Source: the human T2T-CHM13v2.0 reference genome, Homo sapiens | Assembly (NCBI RefSeq): GCF_009914755.1 | Contig: NC_060925.1 | Reading direction: 5' to 3' (one strand) | Length of the DNA: 64,000 nt | Shown: positions 56,901 through 64,000 of the stretch, piece after piece | Layout: the number at the start of each line of letters is the position of its first letter | Numbering within the stretch: position 1 is the first letter of the stretch | Notes under the pieces: model-generated | Seen by the model: only the letters and a program-made list of their open reading frames with translations | The model's database searches: none | What the model was told of the DNA's origin: nothing | Translations under genes and position numbers: made by a program

Positions 56901-59900
56901 ATCAAATGGAATCTAATGGAATCATTGAACAGAATTGAATGGAATCGTCATCGAATGAATTGAATGCAATCATCGAATGGTCTCGAATGGAATCATCTTC
57001 TAATGGAAAGGAATGGAATCATCGCATAGAATCGAATGGAATTATCATCGAATGGAATCGAATGGTATCAACACCAAACGGAAAAAAACGGAATTATCGA
57101 ATGGAATCGAAGAGAATCTTCGAACGGACCCGAATGGAATCATCTAATGGAATGGAATGGAATAATCCATGAACTCGAATGCAATCATCATCGAATGGAA
57201 TCGAATGGAATCATCGAATGGACTCGAATGGAATAATCATTGAACAGAATCGAATGGAATCATCATCGGATGGAAACGAATGGAATCATCATCGAATGGA
57301 AATGAAAGGAGTCATCATCTAATGGAATTGCATGGAATCATCATAAAATGGAATCGAATGGAATCAACATCAAATGGAATCAAATGGAATCATTGAACAG
57401 AATTGAATGGAATCGTCATCGAATGAATTGACTGCAATCATCCAATGGTCTCGAATGGAATCATCTTCAAATGGAATGGAATGGAATCATCGCATAGAAT
57501 CGAATGGAATTATCATCGAATGGAATCGAATGGAATCAACATCAAACGGAAAAAAACGGAATTATCGAATGGAATCGAAGAGAATCATCGAATGGACCCG
57601 AATGGAATCATCTAATGGAATGGAATGGAATAATCGATGGACTCGAATGCAATCATCATCGAATGGAATCGAATGGAATCATCGAATGGACTCGAATGGA
57701 ATAATGATTGAACGGAATAGAATGGAATCATCATCGGATGGAAATGAATGGAATCATCATCGAATGGAATCGAATAGAATTATGGAATGAAATCCAGTGT
57801 GATCATCATCGAATGGACCCGAATGGAATCATCATCCAACGGAAGCTAATGGAATCAACATCGAATGAATCGAATGGAAACACCATCAAATTGAAACGAA
57901 TGGAATTATCATGAAATTGAAATGGATGGACTCATCATCGAATGGATTAATGGAATCATCGAATAAAATTGATTGAAATCATCATCGAATGGAATCGAAT
58001 GGTATCATTGAATGGAATCGAATGGAATCATCATCAGATGGAAATGAATGGAATCGTCATAGAATGGAATCGAATGGATTCATTGAATGGAATCAGATGG
58101 AATCATCGAATGGACTGGAATGGAATCATTGAGTGGACTCGAAAGGGATCATGATTGAATGGAATTGAATGGAATCATCGAATGGTCTCGATTGGAATCA
58201 TTATCAAATGGAATCGAATGGAATCACCGAATAGAATCGAATGGAACAATCATCGAATGGACTCAAATGGAATTATCCTCAAATGGAATCGAATGGAATT
58301 ATCAAATGCAATCGAATGGAATTATCGAATGCAATCGAATAGAATCATCGAATGGACTCGAATGGAATCATCGAATGGAATGGAATGGAACAGTCAATGA
58401 ACTCGAATGGAATCATCATTGAATGGAATCGAATGGAATCATCGAGTGGAATCGAATGGAATTATGATCAAATGGAATCGAATGTTATCATCATCAAATG
58501 GAATCAAAAATAACCATCATCAATTGGTATTGAATGGAATTGTCATCAAATGGAATTCAAACGAATCATCATCAAATGGAACCGAATGGAATCCTCATTG
58601 AATGGAAATGAAAGGGGTCATCATCTAATGGAATCGCATGGAATCATCATCAAATGGAATCGAATGGAATCATCATCAAATGGAATCTAATGGAATCATT
58701 GAACAGAATTGAATGGAATCGTCATCGAATGAATTGAATGCAATCATCGAATGGTCTCGAATGGAATCATCTTCTAATGGAAAGGAATGGAATCATCGCA
58801 TAGAATCGAATGGAATTATCATCGAATGGAATCGAATGGTATCAACACCAAACGGAAAAAAACGGAATTATCGAATGGAATCGAAGAGAATCTTCGAACG
58901 GACCCGAATGGAATCATCTAATGGAATGGAATGGAATAATCCATGGACTCGAATGCAATCATCATCGAATGGAATCGAATGGAATCATCGAATGGACTCG
59001 AATGGAATAATCATTGAACAGAATCGAATGGAATCATCATCGGAGGGAAACGAATGGAATCATCATCGAATGGAAATGAAAGGAGTCATCATCTAATGGA
59101 ATTGCATGGAATCATCATAAAATGGAATCGAATGGAATCAACATCAAATGGAATCAAATGGAATCATTGAACGGAATTGAATGGAATCGTCATCGAATGA
59201 ATTGACTGCAATCATCCAATGGTCTCGAATGGAATCATCTTCAAATGGAATGGAATGGAATCATCGCATAGAATCGAATGGAATTATCATCGAATGGAAT
59301 CGAATGGAATCAACATCAAACGGAAAAAAACGGAATTATCGAATGGAATCGAAGAGAATCATCGAATGGACCCGAATGGAATCATCTAATGGAATGGAAT
59401 GGAATAATCGATGGACTCGAATGCAATCATCATCGAATGGAATCGAATGGAATCATCGAATGGACTCGAATGGAATAATCATTGAACGGAATAGAATGGA
59501 ATCATCATCGGATGGAAATGAATGGAATCATCATCGAATGGAATCGAATAGAATTATGGAATGAAATCCAGTGTGATCATCATCGAATGGACCCGAATGG
59601 AATCATCATCCAACGGAAGCTAATGGAATCAACATCGAATGAATCGAATGGAAACACCATCAAATTGAAACGAATGGAATTATCATGAAATTGAAATGGA
59701 TGGACTCATCATCGAATGGATTAATGGAATCATCGAATAAAATTGATTGAAATCATCATCGAATGGAATCGAATGGTATCATTGAATGGAATCGAATGGA
59801 ATCATCATCAGATGGAAATGAATGGAATCGTCATAGAATGGAATCGAATGGATTCATTGAATGGAATCAGATGGAATCATCGAATGGACTGGAATGGAAT

Positions 59901-60954
59901 CATTGAGTGGACTCGAAAGGGATCATGATTGAATGGAATTGAATGGAATCATCGAATGGTCTCGATTGGAATCATTATCAAATGGAATCGAATGGAATCA
60001 CCGAATAGAATCGAATGGAACAATCATCGAATGGACTCAAATGGAATTATCCTCAAATGGAATCGAATGGAATTATCAAATGCAATCGAATGGAATTATC
60101 GAATGCAATCGAATAGAATCATCGAATGGACTCGAATGGAATCATCGAATGGAATGGAATGGAACAGTCAATGAACTCGAATGGAATCATCATTGAATGG
60201 AATCGAATGGAATCATCGAGTGGAATCGAATGGAATTATGATCAAATGGAATCGAATGTTATCATCATCAAATGGAATCAAAAATAACCATCATCAATTG
60301 GTATTGAATGGAATTGTCATCAAATGGAATTCAAACGAATCATCATCAAATGGAACCGAATGGAATCCTCATTGAATGGAAATGAAAGGGGTCATCATCT
60401 AATGGAATCGCATGGAATCATCATCAAATGGAATCGAATGGAATCATCATCAAATGGAATCTAATGGAATCATTGAACAGAATTGAATGGAATCGTCATC
60501 GAATGAATTGAATGCAATCATCGAATGGTCTCGAATGGAATCATCTTTTAATGGAAAGGAATGGAATCATCGCATAGAATCGAATGGAATTATCATCGAA
60601 TGGAATCGAATGGTATCAACACCAAACGGAAAAAAACGGAATTATCGAATGGAATCGAAGAGAATCTTCGAACGGACCCGAATGGAATCATCTAATGGAA
60701 TGGAATGGAATAATCCATGGACTCGAATGCAATCATCATCGAATGGAATCGAATGGAATCATCGAATGGACTCGAATGGAATAATCATTGAACAGAATCG
60801 AATGGAATCATCATCGGAGGGAAACGAATGGAATCATCATCGAATGGAAATGAAAGGAGTCATCATCTAATGGAATTGCATGGAATCATCATAAAATGGA
60901 ATCGAATGGAATCAACATCAAATGGAATCAAATGGAATCATTGAACGGAATTGA
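44957..60954 (+). repeat. Second cluster rich in 1,774-bp (CG deletion) units
   Basis: GGATTAATGG near 45498, 50850, 52624, 56174, 57948 and 59722. Confidence 0.9.
48824..48875 (+). repeat. +26-bp monomer duplication giving a 1,802-bp unit
   Basis: GGAATCATCATCGGATGGAAATGAAT is followed by GGAATCATCATCGGATGGAAGTGAAT; spacing 48507 to 50309 = 1802. Confidence 0.9.
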
Positions 60955-63900
60955 ATGGAATCGTCATCGAATGAATTGACTGCAATCATCCAATGGTCTC
61001 GAATGGAATCATCTTCAAATGGAATGGAATGGAATCATCGCATAGAATCGAATGGAATTATCATCGAATGGAATCGAATGGAATCAACATCAAACGGAAA
61101 AAAACGGAATTATCGAATGGAATCGAAGAGAATCATCGAATGGACCCGAATGGAATCATCTAATGGAATGGAATGGAATAATCGATGGACTCGAATGCAA
61201 TCATCATCGAATGGAATCGAATGGAATCATCGAATGGACTCGAATGGAATAATCATTGAACGGAATAGAATGGAATCATCATCGGATGGAAATGAATGGA
61301 ATCATCATCGAATGGAATCGAATAGAATTATGGAATGAAATCCAGTGTGATCATCATCGAATGGACCCGAATGGAATCATCATCCAACGGAAGCTAATGG
61401 AATCAACATCGAATGAATCGAATGGAAACACCATCAAATTGAAACGAATGGAATTATCATGAAATTGAAATGGATGGACTCATCATCGAATGGATTCGAA
61501 TGGAATCATCGAATAAAATTGATTGAAATCATCATCCAATGGAATCGAATGGTATCACTGAATGGAATCGAATGGAATCATCATCAGATGGAAATGAATG
61601 GAATCGTCATAGAATGGAATCGAATGGATTCATTGAATGGAATCAGATGGAATCATCGAATGGACTGGAATGGAATCATTGAATGGACTCGAAAGGGATC
61701 ATGATTGAATGGAATTGAATGGAATCATCGAATGGTCTCGATTGGAATCATTATCAAATGGAATCGAATGGAATCACCGAATAGAATCGAATGGAACAAT
61801 CATCGAATGGACTCAAATGGAATTATCCTCCAATGGAATCGAATGGAATTATCGAATACAATCGAATGGAATTATCGAATGCAATCGAATAGAATCATCG
61901 AATGGACTCGAATGGAATCATCGAATGGAATGGAATGGAACAGTCAATGAACTCGAATGGAATCATCATTGAATGGAATCGAATGGAATCATCGAGTGGA
62001 ATCGAATGGAATTATGATCAAATGGAATCGAATGTAATCATCATCAAATGGAATCAAAAATAACCATCATCAATTGGTATTGAATGGAATTGTCATCAAA
62101 TGGAATTCAAAGGAATCATCATCAAATGGAACCGAATGGAATCCTCATTGAATGGAAATGAAAGGGGTCATCATCTAATGGAATCGCATGGAATCATCAT
62201 CAAATGGAATCGAATGGAATCATCATCAAATGGAATCTAATGGAATCATTGAACAGAATTGAATGGAATCGTCATCGAATGAATTGAATGCAATCATCGA
62301 ATGGTCTCGAATGGAATCATCTTCTAATGGAAAGGAATGGAATCATCGCATAGAATCGAATGGAATTATCATCGAATGGAATCGAATGGTATCAACACCA
62401 AACGGAAAAAAACGGAATTATCGAATGGAATCGAAGAGAATCTTCGAACGGACCCGAATGGAATCATCTAATGGAATGGAATGGAATAATCCATGGACTC
62501 GAATGCAATCATCATCAAATGGAATCGAATGGAATCATCGAATGGACTCGAATGGAATAATCATTGAACGGAATCGATTGGAATCATCATCGGATGGAAA
62601 CGAATGGAATCATCATCGAATGGAAATGAAAGGAGTCATCATCTAATGGAATTGCATGGAATCATCATAAAATGGAATCGAATGGAATCAACATCAAATG
62701 GAATCAAATGGAATCATTGAACGGAATTGAATGGAATCGTCATCGAATGAATTGACTGCAATCATCCAATGGTCTCGAATGGAATCATCTTCAAATGGAA
62801 TGGAATGGAATCATCGCATAGAATCGAATGGAATTATCATCGAATGGAATCGAATGGAATCAACATCCAACGGAAAAAAACGGAATTATCGAATGGAATC
62901 GAAGAGAATCATCGAATGGACCCGAATGGAATCATCTAATGGAATGGAATGGAATAATCCATGGACTCGAATGCAATCATCATCGAATGGAATCGAATGG
63001 AATCATCGAATGGACTCGAATGGAATAATCATTGAACGGAATCGAATGGAATCATCATCGGATGGAAATGAATGGAATCATCATCGAATGGAATCGAATA
63101 GAATTATGGAATGAAATCCAGTGTGATCATCATCGAATGGACCCGAATGGAATCATCATCCAACGGAAGCTAATGGAATCAACATCGAATGAATCAAATG
63201 GAAACACCATCGAATTGAAACGAATGGAATTATCATGAAATTGAAATGGATGGACTCATCATCGAATGGATTCGAATGGAATCATCGAATAAAATTGATT
63301 GAAATCATCATCGAATGGAATCGAATGGTATCATTGAATGGAATCGAATGGAATCATCATCAGATGGAAATGAATGGAATCGTCATAGAATGGAATCGAA
63401 TGGATTCATTGAATGGAATCAGATGGAATCATCGAATGGACTGGAATGGAATCATTGAATGGACTCGAAATGGATCATGATTGAATGGAATTTAATGGAA
63501 TCATCGAATGGTCTCGATTGGAATCATTATCAAATGGAATCGAATGGAATCACCGAATAGAATCGAATGGAACAATCATCGAATGGACTCAAATGGAATT
63601 ATCCTCCAATGGAATCGAATGGAATTATCAAATGCAATCGAATGGAATTATCGAATGCAATCGAATAGAATGATCGAATGGACTCGAATGGAATCATCGA
63701 ATGGAATGGAATGGAACAGTCAATGAACTCGAATGGAATCATCATTGAATGGAATCGAATGGAATCATCGAGTGGAATCGAATGGAATTATGATCAAATG
63801 GAATCGAATGTTATCATCATCAAATGGAATCAAAAATAACCATCATCAATTGGTATTGAATGGAATTGTCATCAAATGGAATTCAAAGGAATCATCATCA

Positions 63901-64000
63901 AATGGAACCGAATGGAATCCTCATTGAATGGAAATGAAAGGGGTCATCATCTAATGGAATCGCATGGAATCATCATCAAATGGAATCGAATGGAATCATC

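Larger units (their letters stand above)
1..64000 (+). repeat. Human satellite II (HSat2/HSATII) pericentromeric tandem array, about 36 copies of a 1,776-bp unit; probably chr1q12 (D1Z1 / HSat2A-type)
   Basis: Continuous diverged GGAAT repeat with abundant TCGA and ATC/ATCATC spacers (23/26-bp monomers), typical of HSat2 rather than the simpler HSat3. One landmark recurs at 1078, 2855, 4631, 6626, 8379, 10132, 11885, 13638, 15414, 17190, 18964, 20738, 22514, 24290, 26064, 27840, 29615, 30897, 32604, 33886, 35881, 37876, 39629, 41405, 43181, 44957, 46731, 48507, 50309, 52083, 53857, 55633, 57407, 59181, 60955 and 62731. The family call is strong; the chromosome is inferred from the 1.77-kb EcoRI period. 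Confidence 0.97.

Noticed and set aside
7-63927. Hundreds of 61-177 aa + strand ORFs (MESSSNGIEWNHR-like)
   Set aside because: These are low-complexity translations of GGAAT monomers. They overlap in several frames, repeat with the unit, open and close through random variants, and have no recognisable domain.
1-64000. CRISPR-like array or other prokaryotic repeat system
   Set aside because: There are no unique spacers, leader or cas genes, and the 23/26-bp repeats are directly contiguous.
1-64000. HSat3 (e.g. DYZ1, chr9), alpha satellite or telomeric repeat
   Set aside because: Long pure GGAAT runs are absent and ATCATCG spacers dominate. There is no 171-bp monomer, CENP-B box or TTAGGG run.
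1-64000. Heat-shock elements (nGAAn) and hairpins or terminators
   Set aside because: The GAA units are direct repeats rather than alternating inverted arrays. Only 4-8 bp palindromes (TCGA, TTCGAA, CAATTG, TGATCA) were seen.

Overview
The whole 64 kb window is one uninterrupted satellite array in a single orientation, (GGAAT)n on the + strand. It is built from CpG-rich 23-bp (GAATGGAATCATCGAATGGAATC) and 26-bp (GAATGGAATCATCATCGAATGGAATC) monomers organised into a 1,776-bp unit with one EcoRI site and an internal 468-bp duplication. This matches human satellite II (HSat2/HSATII). The 1.77-kb EcoRI period points to the chromosome 1q12 array (D1Z1/pUC1.77, HSat2A-type), although the locus is an inference. 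About 36 units are present. I see no genes, RNA genes, transposons, CRISPR arrays or unique sequence. Every listed ORF is a translation artefact of the repeat, and I cannot support a novel gene system here. The information lies in the array architecture. Unit lengths vary (1282, 1707, 1753, 1774, 1775, 1776, 1777, 1802 and 1995 bp), with microhomology at the larger junctions. Duplications are nested at about 1.75, 2.0, 3.0, 7.1 and 26-31 kb. Some alleles appear to move between the two 468-bp sub-repeats, and several variants add DUX4-like motifs. Unit lengths come from spacings in the supplied ORF track, checked by eye against the sequence; no alignment was run.
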